Assembly (NCBI GenBank): GCA_021816845.1
Contig: JAKAWT010000001.1
Span: forward strand, 6,087-70,086
Length of the DNA: 64,000 bases
Source of the DNA: a bacterium
GTDB lineage: Bacteria; Patescibacteriota; Dojkabacteria; JAKAPS01; JAJZLI01
Reading direction: 5' to 3'
Shown: in pieces, positions 1 to 9,844 of the stretch
Layout of the letters: every line of letters starts with the position of its first letter
Position numbering within the stretch: the first letter of the stretch is position 1
Program-made: the position numbers and the translations under genes
Notes under the pieces: model-generated
Database searches by the model: none
Told to the model about the DNA's origin: nothing
Seen by the model: the letters and a program-made list of their open reading frames with translations, nothing else

Positions 1-402
1 AAGAATAATAAAAAATCTCATAATAAACTTATTTTAGAATTTGCTGAATGGATGGATATTCAAATTGGCAATGATATTATAGCCGGACATAACCCATTTT
101 TTGATACCAGCTTCCTATTCTATTCATATAATAAATGTAAAATAATACCAACATTCCGTCATAGAATAGTAGATCTCCATTCAATATGTTATGCAAAAAT
201 ACTTAAAAATATAGAACTAAAAAATAATACAAATAGACTAACATCGAATGCTATATTCAATTATGTAGGACTTGACGATGAACCTAATCCACACAACGGT
301 CTTATGGGAGCCAAAATGGAGACAGAAGCATTATCACGCTTAATATTTGGAAAAAATATACTCTTAGAATTTAAAAAATTTAAAATACCAAAATATCTAT
401 AA
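1..402 (+). CDS. 3'-5' exonuclease (DnaQ/DEDDh-like), 5'-truncated by the window edge
   Basis: Frame is open from base 1. ExoII-like AGHNPFFD, IVDLHS and ExoIII-like HNGLMGAKME (Asp replaced by Gly). Confidence 0.7.
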   Translation, partial: KNNKKSHNKLILEFAEWMDIQIGNDIIAGHNPFFDTSFLFYSYNKCKIIPTFRHRIVDLHSICYAKILKNIELKNNTNRLTSNAIFNYVGLDDEPNPHNGLMGAKMETEALSRLIFGKNILLEFKKFKIPKYL

Positions 403-639
403 AATCATTATTAACCTGAACTAGCAATAGTTTATACTGAATTGATAGCATATCTATTGTTTTTGATCCCAAACATCCTTGACTCAAAAAAAATACTTTA
501 ATATCATTTATATACGGATACCTAGATATTACATTGTAATAATATCTATTACTATGGAATTTTTATGGGTAATTTATGATAATGACATAATTACGGTATT
601 CATTATAAAAATAGGACACAAGATACAAATACTAAAATT

Positions 640-1128
640 TTACTTATTCTTCCTATTCTCAAAATATGAACCAGTATATATGAAAAGTATACCAAATGCC
701 ATTGATAATATTGTAGATAATACAAATAATATCATCATTTCAAAAAAATATGATGAAGGAGTAAGGTATGTTATTGGAATACCTTGAGATTTGAATAAAT
801 GTTGGTTATTTTTTATTACTTGATTTTGATATATCCAAGGATGTGTCATAAGATCTATAATAAAAGTTAAAAGTGTACCCAATATTCCTGATATAAGATT
901 TAGAAAAACTGCGAAAAACACAATATTTTTCATAGAGAATTTAGCCCTTTGCATAAGATGTCCAACATACATGAAAAATAGTATAAAACCTATAAGTATA
1001 AACAAAGAAATTATATCGGGAACTATTGTCTTATATAAAATATCATCTATAAAGGTTAAAACTAAGTAGACTATTAAAAACCCCACACCATATAACTTTC
1101 TTGACATAACATTAATAGATAAATTCAA
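640..1128 (-). CDS. 4-TM hypothetical membrane protein (paralog of 1163..1633)
   Basis: Four hydrophobic segments; shares an IDxxTxPWxY motif with its neighbour. Start codon uncertain. Confidence 0.7.
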   Translation of the reverse strand: MNLSINVMSRKLYGVGFLIVYLVLTFIDDILYKTIVPDIISLFILIGFILFFMYVGHLMQRAKFSMKNIVFFAVFLNLISGILGTLLTFIIDLMTHPWIYQNQVIKNNQHLFKSQGIPITYLTPSSYFFEMMILFVLSTILSMAFGILFIYTGSYFENRKNK

Positions 1129-1162
1129 AAATTATTTAATCCAATGATCTGGTTCCTAGAAA

Positions 1163-1633
1163 TTAGTTTCTAGTTTTTGTATATTCATGGATTTTAGTGC
1201 CCATATATACAAATGCCAGATAAAATATAGTTAAAATCACTAGGTCCAATATGAATGACATAGATATTTGACCGTAAAAAGCTGTCTGAGATATTGATTC
1301 TATACTTTTATGGTTTATCGAATAATATAAATTAGAGAAATATACCCAGGGTTCTGTATATGAATCTATAAAGACTATAGTTACAAAACCAAGTATCTTT
1401 GTTGCAAAAATTACTAAAAATGCATATAAATAAGGTTCCATTTTAATATATTTTTTAAAATAGAAACCAAAATATACAAAAAACAATATAGAGACAACAA
1501 TCATAAAATAATATAATATTTCAGATAAAATAGTAGTCTGATAGAAAATCCCAGTAAAAATTGATACAAGAATATTTAGAAGAAAATATAGAATTATATA
1601 CCTTTGGATCAACCCTCTTTTTATGTTTCTCAT
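1163..1633 (-). CDS. 4-TM hypothetical membrane protein (paralog of 640..1128)
   Basis: Four hydrophobic segments; FIDSYTEPWVY. Confidence 0.75.
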   Translation of the reverse strand: MRNIKRGLIQRYIILYFLLNILVSIFTGIFYQTTILSEILYYFMIVVSILFFVYFGFYFKKYIKMEPYLYAFLVIFATKILGFVTIVFIDSYTEPWVYFSNLYYSINHKSIESISQTAFYGQISMSFILDLVILTIFYLAFVYMGTKIHEYTKTRN

Positions 1634-1730
1634 TAGATATAATTATTACATAACTGGGTATTAATATACAATACAACTCTAACAAAATTCACTGCAGAAA
1701 TTCAATTTTTATTTGATAAAGATAATAGAC

Positions 1731-3062
1731 TTATTTAAATATATAGAAATCCCCAGATAGGTTATCTGCATAAAATTTACCATTTGCATAAAACATACCA
1801 CCTACTGCAACCTTCCCTCCTGTAGTACGAGTAGCTAAATATTTACCTGTATTTTTATTATATACCTGAATATTTCCAAGACCGTTATCAAAATAAAGAA
1901 GATTACCAACTACAATGAAAGGTTTATTATTTAACCCAGCTGAGTGGATAGACCATATTATCTTTCCTGTACTTGTATTTACTGCGAGAATCTTTTGTGT
2001 TGCAGTAGACCCAACATAAACTATATTACCACTTATTGTAGGAACACTTCCTATCATTTGTGCACCATTAGGTAAATTCAAAGGTCCGTAGCCTTCATTT
2101 AGTGACCATACTATAGACCCTGTATTAGCATTTATTTTATACAAATACTCATATCCAGAGTTAGTCTTATCACTAACTAGTTTTGCTGCATCAGTGTAAA
2201 TATAACCGTTTGAATATGCAGGTATTACATCATCAAGCCCTTCATTAATTCCAATTTTTCCAAAATTGTTTTTCCATACTATTTGATGTGTTTGAATATT
2301 CACATCAAATAAATAGTAAGGATAAGAACCTCCAAAATATAGATTATTACCAACCAGAAGTGGAGATGCTTGTGAAGATATTGATCCATAATCTAGACTC
2401 CATAATACTTTTCCAGTACTAACATCAAGTGCATATAACATTCTATTTCCACCTATCGTATAAATCACTCCATTTTTGTATGCAGGGGTTGGTTTTCTTT
2501 GACCATTATTGACCGTAAATTTCCACAGAATCTTACCACTACTAATATCCAAAGCATAAACACCACTTAATCCAGTACCTCTATTAAAAGTGGTTTTAGA
2601 TGTTTTGAAAAACTCATCATTTCCTGTACTAACAATAACTAAGCCTAGTTGAGATAATACTAAAGGGTTATTCATTACAAGATTAGGAAAGTTTGTCTTC
2701 CATAGAATCTTCCCAGTATTGTTATCTATTTTTACTGTAGCACCCTGATAATTAGGGTTAGACACCCCATATGTTTGGAAGTAATTAGCTGTATCCAAAA
2801 AAGAGTAATCTCCTGAAACTACCGGTTGAGAAAAAAATGGAAGTCCATAATTTTTACTTAATACAACATTCTCTAAATATGTTTCTGTCTTCTTTACTAC
2901 AGAATTATTCCCCTCACTCCCATAAGCTGAAGAGACATTACCAGTATAGTAAGCAGTATGTGGTTTCAATATAACAGGCTTTTTAGTTACCAAAGACACC
3001 ACAACAACCAATGCTACTACTAACAAAACAGCAATAATGTATTTTTTATTATTTATTCTCAT
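1731..3062 (-). CDS. Membrane-anchored PQQ-like/BamB-type beta-propeller protein
   Basis: N-terminal TM anchor; repeated A(L/V)DxxTGKxxW blade motifs. Confidence 0.85.
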   Translation of the reverse strand: MRINNKKYIIAVLLVVALVVVVSLVTKKPVILKPHTAYYTGNVSSAYGSEGNNSVVKKTETYLENVVLSKNYGLPFFSQPVVSGDYSFLDTANYFQTYGVSNPNYQGATVKIDNNTGKILWKTNFPNLVMNNPLVLSQLGLVIVSTGNDEFFKTSKTTFNRGTGLSGVYALDISSGKILWKFTVNNGQRKPTPAYKNGVIYTIGGNRMLYALDVSTGKVLWSLDYGSISSQASPLLVGNNLYFGGSYPYYLFDVNIQTHQIVWKNNFGKIGINEGLDDVIPAYSNGYIYTDAAKLVSDKTNSGYEYLYKINANTGSIVWSLNEGYGPLNLPNGAQMIGSVPTISGNIVYVGSTATQKILAVNTSTGKIIWSIHSAGLNNKPFIVVGNLLYFDNGLGNIQVYNKNTGKYLATRTTGGKVAVGGMFYANGKFYADNLSGDFYIFK

Positions 3063-3499
3063 CTACTGATTATATATACATTTATAAAATAAAAAAAGTT
3101 TCACATATAAATGGAATATTTCATCTAAGTCTAAAATTCTCTTTCCATATAATCCTTAACCAATTATCTGAATATTCCTTTACATCAGTCATGCTATGGT
3201 TTGAGTATATAAGTACTTGCGTATTTGTACCATAGATATATTTTTGAGATATTTACCCTTATTGATTAGTATAGCTCTAAAATAGAATTCTTGATAAAAC
3301 TTAAGGACGCATTGATATATATTTTTTGGATAATTTAAAAATAATTTTCTAGATTCTTCAGCTGGTTCTGTCTTTAAACTCATATACTAATGTTTTATGT
3401 AGATTATAAGGAGACTTTCTGTTAATATTTCAATACCAAGTATAATTCATATACCAAAATTATAGTATTTCCCCTTCAAGAAAATTCCTTCTAAAAAAT

Positions 3500-4162
3500 T
3501 TATTCTATATAAAATACTATTGTTATTTCTCCTTTTATAGAAGTTTTACCTTTGTAGTATTCATATACCTTGGTTATATCTCCACTTTTAATATCCTCAT
3601 GCATTTTGGATATTTCTCTAGCTACAGTGATTTTTAGATTGGGATAATTTTTTTTCAAGATTGATAATGTCTTCAATATTCTATAAGGAGATTCAAAACA
3701 TATGCATGTGATACCTTTATATTGATCAATAAGACTAACCAACTTATTTTCTTTTTTTGAGAGAAATCCTAAGAATATAAATTTATCAGTGGGAAGACCA
3801 GAATAAATTAAAGCTGGCAATATACTTGATGCCCCAGGCAAAACTTCATATTTTATATCTTGTAATTTAAGTTCCCTTATAAGCTTATATCCTGGATCTG
3901 AAATTAATGGCATACCAGCATCTGATACAATTCCTACATTTTTTAAAAGTTTAATCTCTCCCACAATATCATAAATTAATCTTTCTTCGTTATGCTCTGT
4001 ATATCTTCGTAATTCATTTATCTTAATATCATAACATTTCAACATAAGATTGGTCCTTTGAGGATTTTCACAATACAATACATCTAGTGACTTCAGTACC
4101 TCTTTTGCTCTATCAGTGATATCTTTCAAATTTCCTATTGGCGTGGGAATTATATAAAACAT
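3500..4162 (-). CDS. rsmI: 16S rRNA (cytidine1402-2'-O)-methyltransferase
   Basis: TPIGNLKDIT, SDAGMPLISDPG, FESPYRI, REISKMHE. Confidence 0.95.
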   Translation of the reverse strand: MFYIIPTPIGNLKDITDRAKEVLKSLDVLYCENPQRTNLMLKCYDIKINELRRYTEHNEERLIYDIVGEIKLLKNVGIVSDAGMPLISDPGYKLIRELKLQDIKYEVLPGASSILPALIYSGLPTDKFIFLGFLSKKENKLVSLIDQYKGITCICFESPYRILKTLSILKKNYPNLKITVAREISKMHEDIKSGDITKVYEYYKGKTSIKGEITIVFYIE

Positions 4163-5502
4163 GAGTCTAGGTATGAATCTATATCAGCTATTTTTATCCT
4201 TTCTTGTTCAGTTGTATCTCTGTCTCTTACTGTTACCATGTTATCATCTAGAGTTTGCACATCAAATGTTATACATTTTGGTGTACCTATCTCATCCTGT
4301 CTCCTATACCTTTTTCCAATAGACCCAGCATCATCATATACTACTCTATATTTAAACTTCAAAAGATTATATAGATCTAGTGCCATTTTATCTATCTTTC
4401 CATCTTTAAGCAGAGGAAATATACCTATCTGATATGGAGATAGTCTGTGTGATAATTTTAAAAATATCCTCTTCCTTCCATTAACTTCCTCCTCTCTATA
4501 ACCGTTAACAAGTAGTGCTAAAATCAATCTATCCAAACCAATGGATGGTTCAATTACAAACGGAATAAAACTTTCTCTTTTTTCTTGATCATTATAATTT
4601 AAGTTTTTTCCTGACGCTTGGGAATGCTTAGTAAGATCATAATCTCCTCTATTTGCAAATGATTCAAGCTCTTTAAATCCAAAAGGAAAATTAAAATATA
4701 TATCTATCGTCTTTTTTGAATAATGAGCTCTTTGGTTTTCATCTAATTCAACATATTTAAGGTTTTTTTTGTGTATCCCTATATGGGAGTACCATTTTTC
4801 AGTATACTTTAAAAGCTCATCAAAATATTTATCAGCATCCCTTGGATTTATGAAATATTCAATCTCTAATTGTTCAAATTCTAACGTTCTAAATATAAAA
4901 TTTCCTGCAGTAATCTCATTTCTAAACACCTTACCAATTTGTGCAACTCCAAAAGGTATTTTTACCCTACTGCTTTTTAAAATGTTATCAAAATTAATAA
5001 AAATCCCTTGTGCAGTTTCCGGTCTTAAAAAAACTGTCTCACCATTATCTTCTAAAGAACCTAGCGTTGTCTTAAACATCATGTTGAAATTTCTTACTTT
5101 AGTAAAACTCCCTCCACATACCTCACATTTAATATTATTCTCAAATATGAGTTTATCCATATCTTCATTTTTTAAACCTTCAGCCTTAATATTTAATTTT
5201 TCTTCTAATATCTGATCTGCTCTAAATCTTTTTTTGCATTTTAAACAATCAATAAGTGGATCATGAAAATGATCAACATGACCAGAGGCCTCCCATACTT
5301 TTGAACTTTGTAAAATTGAAGAATCTAATAAGACTATATCATCCCTAGACGTTACAAAAAACTTAATCCATTCATTCTTAATGTTATTTTTAAGTAAAGT
5401 CCCTAGAGGACCATAATCCCAAGAATTTGCGAGACCACCATAAATTCCTGACGACTGGAACAGAAAACCTCTTCTTTTAGCTAAAGATACTATGTTATCC
5501 AT
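4150..5502 (-). CDS. glyQS: Glycine--tRNA ligase (alpha2 homodimeric type)
   Basis: LAKRRGF, LRPETAQGIF, FRNEIT, VIEPSIG, SIGKRYRRQDEIGTP. Confidence 0.97.
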   Translation of the reverse strand: MDNIVSLAKRRGFLFQSSGIYGGLANSWDYGPLGTLLKNNIKNEWIKFFVTSRDDIVLLDSSILQSSKVWEASGHVDHFHDPLIDCLKCKKRFRADQILEEKLNIKAEGLKNEDMDKLIFENNIKCEVCGGSFTKVRNFNMMFKTTLGSLEDNGETVFLRPETAQGIFINFDNILKSSRVKIPFGVAQIGKVFRNEITAGNFIFRTLEFEQLEIEYFINPRDADKYFDELLKYTEKWYSHIGIHKKNLKYVELDENQRAHYSKKTIDIYFNFPFGFKELESFANRGDYDLTKHSQASGKNLNYNDQEKRESFIPFVIEPSIGLDRLILALLVNGYREEEVNGRKRIFLKLSHRLSPYQIGIFPLLKDGKIDKMALDLYNLLKFKYRVVYDDAGSIGKRYRRQDEIGTPKCITFDVQTLDDNMVTVRDRDTTEQERIKIADIDSYLDSCFI

Positions 5503-5555
5503 ATATTTAGATTATACCAATCTAGATTGTACACAATCTTTAGCGTATAGTCTAG

Positions 5556-5603
5556 GATATAAGTACCTAAGGTACAAGTACCTAGGGTACAAGTACCTAG
5601 GTA
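5556..5603. repeat. Intergenic 15-bp tandem repeat with palindromic core GGTAC-AA-GTACC (about 3 copies)
   Basis: aagtacctaaggtac / aagtacctagggtac / aagtacctaggta read directly from the sequence. Confidence 0.9.
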
Positions 5604-5650
5604 ATAATCGAAAATTCAAAAATACTAACAACAGTTCAAGATCATAATTT

Positions 5651-6268
5651 CTACAACATTTTAGACTGTTTTCTTAGAAAATCTTTTACCTCATCCCAGT
5701 TTACATTGTATATAAGATTGATTGGAGTCTCATCTTCATCAGCAATATCAAAAAATGTTAGGGATTTTATATAGTGAAACTCATTCAAACTACTTTCACT
5801 AAACTTTTTATGAAAAACATCAAACAAATCTGTTATTGAATAATAATCCTTTAAAATAAAATAGAGATCATAAAAATCTTTTTTTACTCCCCTACTCCCA
5901 ATCGCTATGATCTTCATAAGGGCAATATCTTTTATTGATGCTAAATAAATACCTTTATACATTTTTCTCTTATCAACTAAGGGGTATTGGTAAAGAAAAA
6001 AACTTATCTCACAACCATCTGTAAATCCACGTAAGCTACCATCCGTTATAGTAACATCATGTAATTTAAATACCTTGTCAAGAGATTTTAATAAAACTGG
6101 ACTTTTGAATATATCAGGTGTAAAAAAATCCAAATCATAAGAAATTCTATGTCCAATTTGTAAAGATAAAGCTGTTCCTCAAGCAAGGTAGAAATTATTT
6201 ACAGCTTTGATATCTTTTAGTAAGGCCAGAGCACTTTTTGCTCCGGTATTGACTGTTTTGTCAAACAT
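5651..6268 (-). pseudogene. AbiEii/AbiGii-family nucleotidyltransferase toxin interrupted by an in-frame TGA at 6179-6181
   Basis: Reading from ATG 6268 gives FYLA*GTALSLQIGHRISYDLDFF, in frame with ORF 5651..6133 (MKIIAIGSRGVKKDFYDLY). The family motif is GGTAL. Confidence 0.8.
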
Positions 6269-6510
6269 AAAATTGGCTTTGAAATATTAAAGTAATTTTT
6301 AAAAAAATATGCTGTACGTCTACTGATTTCAGAAGAATGAATGATTGCATCAATTATTTCTTCATCTGAAAACAATTTTTGGATTTTTTTAAAATCTTCT
6401 AAAGTTCCATGATCTAATACTCTGCCTATGATATAGTTTTTATTCTTATGAATATCTAATTCATCAAACTTTGCATCATAAAGATACCTTTTAAATTCTT
6501 GAGGAATCAT
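6217..6510 (-). CDS. DUF6922-like putative antitoxin partner of the AbiEii-like gene
   Basis: YLYDAKFDELDIHKNKNYIIGRVLDHG resembles the FWD..LD...YII.RVL.YG pattern; overlaps the toxin start. Confidence 0.75.
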   Translation of the reverse strand: MIPQEFKRYLYDAKFDELDIHKNKNYIIGRVLDHGTLEDFKKIQKLFSDEEIIDAIIHSSEISRRTAYFFKNYFNISKPILCLTKQSIPEQKVLWPY

Positions 6511-6572
6511 ACTATTATTATAACAAATGGCTTCATAATAAACAATAAATTATATCTTCTATAAAAATAAGA

Positions 6573-7289
6573 TTATAAAATATAATTCTTTGATAATAAT
6601 TTTATATCAAATGACGATTCTAACAAATTTGTAGAAAATAATAAAATTTCCTTTAACACTGTCTCTTTAATATCAAATCCTAAATGAGGTGCTTTCAAAT
6701 CCAAATCTTTTATATACCTAAGAAGTTTTACTGTATCAATAGAGATTGGATAACCTCTAACATTGTATTCTCTAAGATCACATCCAAAATGTGATATACC
6801 CATCATGGATGATATGTTCTGGATATCAACTTCCAACGGTTTCAAGCATACAAAACAGTTTGTAAAATCTGATAATAAACCTTCATACAGCAGTGTTTTT
6901 ATGTTAAACAGTGATATATACAAATCTTGGTTTTTATAAAGGTTGGATAATGTAAAATTCAAAAGATCAAATAACTGACTTTCGTCCTGATCTACCCTAT
7001 CAATTTTAGATATGACCTCTAAAGGGTAAAAAATATATAATGAAGATTTATCTTTTGAAAGATGGAAAGAATTTCTCATAGATATTGTTGTTATAATATC
7101 TAATCCTTTACTTTTTATAGTCTGGAATTCTATATAGTTTGCAAGATCCAATAAGTTAGCCCTTTTACCTGATTTTGCACCCTTTGCTATTACACTCAGT
7201 TTTCCCTTTTTTGTAAAAATTGTGAGGATTTTATCATTATCTTTAAAATCAACCTGTTTTATAATAAAACCATTTTCTAAATTTTGCAT
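6573..7289 (-). CDS. recO: DNA repair protein RecO
   Basis: GFIIKQVDFKDNDKILTIFT...GKLSVIAKGA; CxxC zinc module. Confidence 0.9.
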   Translation of the reverse strand: MQNLENGFIIKQVDFKDNDKILTIFTKKGKLSVIAKGAKSGKRANLLDLANYIEFQTIKSKGLDIITTISMRNSFHLSKDKSSLYIFYPLEVISKIDRVDQDESQLFDLLNFTLSNLYKNQDLYISLFNIKTLLYEGLLSDFTNCFVCLKPLEVDIQNISSMMGISHFGCDLREYNVRGYPISIDTVKLLRYIKDLDLKAPHLGFDIKETVLKEILLFSTNLLESSFDIKLLSKNYIL

Positions 7290-7290
7290 A

Positions 7291-9198
7291 CTATAAATTT
7301 ATTGATAGATCCTTTGTTATATAGAATGATTTATTCAAGGATGTAGATCCTGATCCAGAGGATCCTGATCCAGATTCAAAATTAATCTTCTCCCATTCTC
7401 CTTTAATTCCTGGTTGCTTTTGAATTAAATAATGAGTCATATTAATTCCTTTAGGTAGATAGTATGTTATTGTCATGGTACCCTTTGCTGGAGGATCTGA
7501 CTTTGAAAGACGAGGAAGTATCCTTATATGGTTACCAAAAACTGTTTTTCCTACAGTTGTATTGTTATAATCCTGCGTGAATCCATCAACGCCTTTCATA
7601 GATATTAGGGTGGATCCAAGAGGAACATAAATCCTAACCCACGCCATATATGGACCTACAAGCCAATTATCATATATAGCTGGATTAGTCCAAGTTATAC
7701 TAACACTCTGCTCATATCTACCATTTGATGCTTTTTTAATATTTGAAACCACCGTCTCTCCCATAAAATAATTATCTTTAGCTCCTGCAAGGTTTGCTTC
7801 CACTACCTGAAGATAATCACCTTTTACGGAGGTTGGTATTACCCCTCCCCAGTTATAATGGTTAATTAGATTCTCAGTCTTTGGGTTATTGAAATATAAT
7901 AAGATTTGTTTTTGATCAAGAGAATCAAAAACTGTTTTAATAACATTTGTTAAAGTATTACCTGTAGAATGAAACACTTTTGTTATAAGTTCATGCATCA
8001 TGACTGAAATAAAATCTTTTCTTTCATTTTGAGGAAGATTAGATTTTTCAGCCATATATTCCATATAGTAATTAGCATTATTAGATGTTAAAACAAGATT
8101 ATTCCCATATAAACTTGGCATTGTAATATTTCCAACAGCTTTTATCAGAGAATCTACAAACCATGTATTTATAAAAATAACCCCATTAATTTGTGGAGCT
8201 CTAGGTATTGAATTATAGAATTTATATATATTAGCTACAGATGTTGGAACATTAGGAGAAGTATTTGCATCCCTTAGATGCCAGTGGTAAGTTCCGTTAT
8301 AAACATATAATGGTTTTGGAGCAAGAGGTACGTAATGGACTACGTTTGATAGAGCATAAATATTTTGAGCTGATATTTGGCCTAAATTTCCATTATTAAA
8401 ATTAATAAATCCAAAGGCAGTCATAAAACCTCCCGTAGGTCTAATTTCGCCTGAATTTTGGAACATCAGAAGATACCTCGTAGGGGTAGGTACACCTAAT
8501 GCATTTTCAATAACATTTACTGATCTATCAAAGATTGGTAAATTTAACGATATACCGGAAAAAATACTTTTTAAAGAAGATAAGGTTATACCATGAGACT
8601 TTAATAAAGATTCTGGGAAATAATTAGGATTTATCTTTTGTATATATAAATTTGCTTTTGTAAAATATGGATCAGCTGTATCCAAGGCTGGACCAAGTTT
8701 TGGTAAGGAATGTACAAATGCAGATATCTTTTGTTTTCCAGATAGAACCTGTGCTGATTTTTGAGTACTTGTTTGATATCCATCTAGTGTTGCTAGATTT
8801 GACAAAGATGGCATCAAGGTTTGCAACCCAGAAACAGCATAATATCCCCCATCAAGTAAATCTACAGCATTGTTATAATATCCACTCGCTATGGGCACAA
8901 TAGAAAGATACCCTAAAGTTCTTAAATTCGACTGCATAGAGATTATATTAGACTTAATTGTAGGTACTTCACTAGAAATCCCAACAAAATCTTTTGATTT
9001 CTGATAAGTTTTTGCTTTCTCAATATTGGAATATAGAATATCAAAGTTACTTTTTAAAGATAAAAGAGGAAGAACTAGAAAGAAAACTAATAGTATTATT
9101 AATACTACAACAAAGGACACAGTAGCAATAAACCACCTTTTTTTTATAAAGGCCCATTTTTGTTTAGGCTGATATTGAGCTAAATTTATAACTGTCAT
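7291..9198 (-). CDS. DUF4012 domain membrane-anchored protein
   Basis: YLLMFQNSGEIRPTGGF, LRDANTSP, NLAGAKDN, QKQPG. ATG 9198 preferred over TTG 9237. Confidence 0.85.
   Translation of the reverse strand: MTVINLAQYQPKQKWAFIKKRWFIATVSFVVVLIILLVFFLVLPLLSLKSNFDILYSNIEKAKTYQKSKDFVGISSEVPTIKSNIISMQSNLRTLGYLSIVPIASGYYNNAVDLLDGGYYAVSGLQTLMPSLSNLATLDGYQTSTQKSAQVLSGKQKISAFVHSLPKLGPALDTADPYFTKANLYIQKINPNYFPESLLKSHGITLSSLKSIFSGISLNLPIFDRSVNVIENALGVPTPTRYLLMFQNSGEIRPTGGFMTAFGFINFNNGNLGQISAQNIYALSNVVHYVPLAPKPLYVYNGTYHWHLRDANTSPNVPTSVANIYKFYNSIPRAPQINGVIFINTWFVDSLIKAVGNITMPSLYGNNLVLTSNNANYYMEYMAEKSNLPQNERKDFISVMMHELITKVFHSTGNTLTNVIKTVFDSLDQKQILLYFNNPKTENLINHYNWGGVIPTSVKGDYLQVVEANLAGAKDNYFMGETVVSNIKKASNGRYEQSVSITWTNPAIYDNWLVGPYMAWVRIYVPLGSTLISMKGVDGFTQDYNNTTVGKTVFGNHIRILPRLSKSDPPAKGTMTITYYLPKGINMTHYLIQKQPGIKGEWEKINFESGSGSSGSGSTSLNKSFYITKDLSINL
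7339..7377. repeat. GGATC/GATCC 15-bp-period repeat inside the DUF4012 gene (encodes SGSGSSGSGSTS)
   Basis: ggatgtagatcc tgatccagaggatcc tgatccagattc. Confidence 0.8.
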
Positions 9199-9205
9199 AA
9201 CTGAT

Positions 9206-9844
9206 TTAGTAAGCTCCTCTTTTTGAGAAAACTGCAAATGGGGTCTTAAATAAAATAATTATATTCCTTTTTATAGATCTCATCTTAGCATATTCTAAAT
9301 CAATTTTGATCCTTTTGTCAAAAGATATCTCTGAACGACCAGATATTTGCCATACACCTGTCAATCCTGGTTTGATACCAGTAATGATTGCAATGTCTTC
9401 TTCAACTTCTGGATTCATTGATATATAATACTCAAGTTCATCAAAATAATAGGCCCTAGGACCCACCAGTGACATATCCCCTTTTAATATATTGAAAAAT
9501 TGTGGGAATTCATCTATAGAATATTTCCTTATGAATTTACCGACCTTGGTTACTCTAGGATCATTCTTTAATTTATAACTATTTTTTTTATATTCCTTGT
9601 ATAATTTAGAATATTTGGGATCCTCTTTCAACATTGTATGTGCAGAAACGACCATAGATCTAAATTTATAAAATTTAAATGGCTGGTAATTCCGTCCAAC
9701 TCTTTCTGGCACATCCGCAAGTATTGGCCCTTTAGAGTCTATCATTATAAGTATCGCCGTAATTAGCATGATAGGAGAAAAGATTATTATCGCAAAGATA
9801 GAGACAATAATATCAATAATTCTTGTTACTATTTCATATACCAT
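9206..9844 (-). CDS. Priming sugar transferase (Bac_transf, WcaJ/WbaP C-terminal type)
   Basis: KFRSM, DPRVTKVGKFIRKYSIDEFPQFFNILKGDMSLVGPR, KPGLTGVWQISGR. Confidence 0.95.
   Translation of the reverse strand: MVYEIVTRIIDIIVSIFAIIIFSPIMLITAILIMIDSKGPILADVPERVGRNYQPFKFYKFRSMVVSAHTMLKEDPKYSKLYKEYKKNSYKLKNDPRVTKVGKFIRKYSIDEFPQFFNILKGDMSLVGPRAYYFDELEYYISMNPEVEEDIAIITGIKPGLTGVWQISGRSEISFDKRIKIDLEYAKMRSIKRNIIILFKTPFAVFSKRGAY

Noticed and set aside
3090-3480. ORF 3189..3383 as a real gene or an IS256-like transposase remnant (IRKYLYTQ resembles IRKxIYTTN)
   Set aside because: The resemblance is a single short motif, with no terminal repeats and stops in all frames. It may be a decayed gene but I cannot support a call.
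5556-5603. CRISPR array
   Set aside because: The units are 15 bp in direct tandem with no unique spacers, and no cas genes are in the window.
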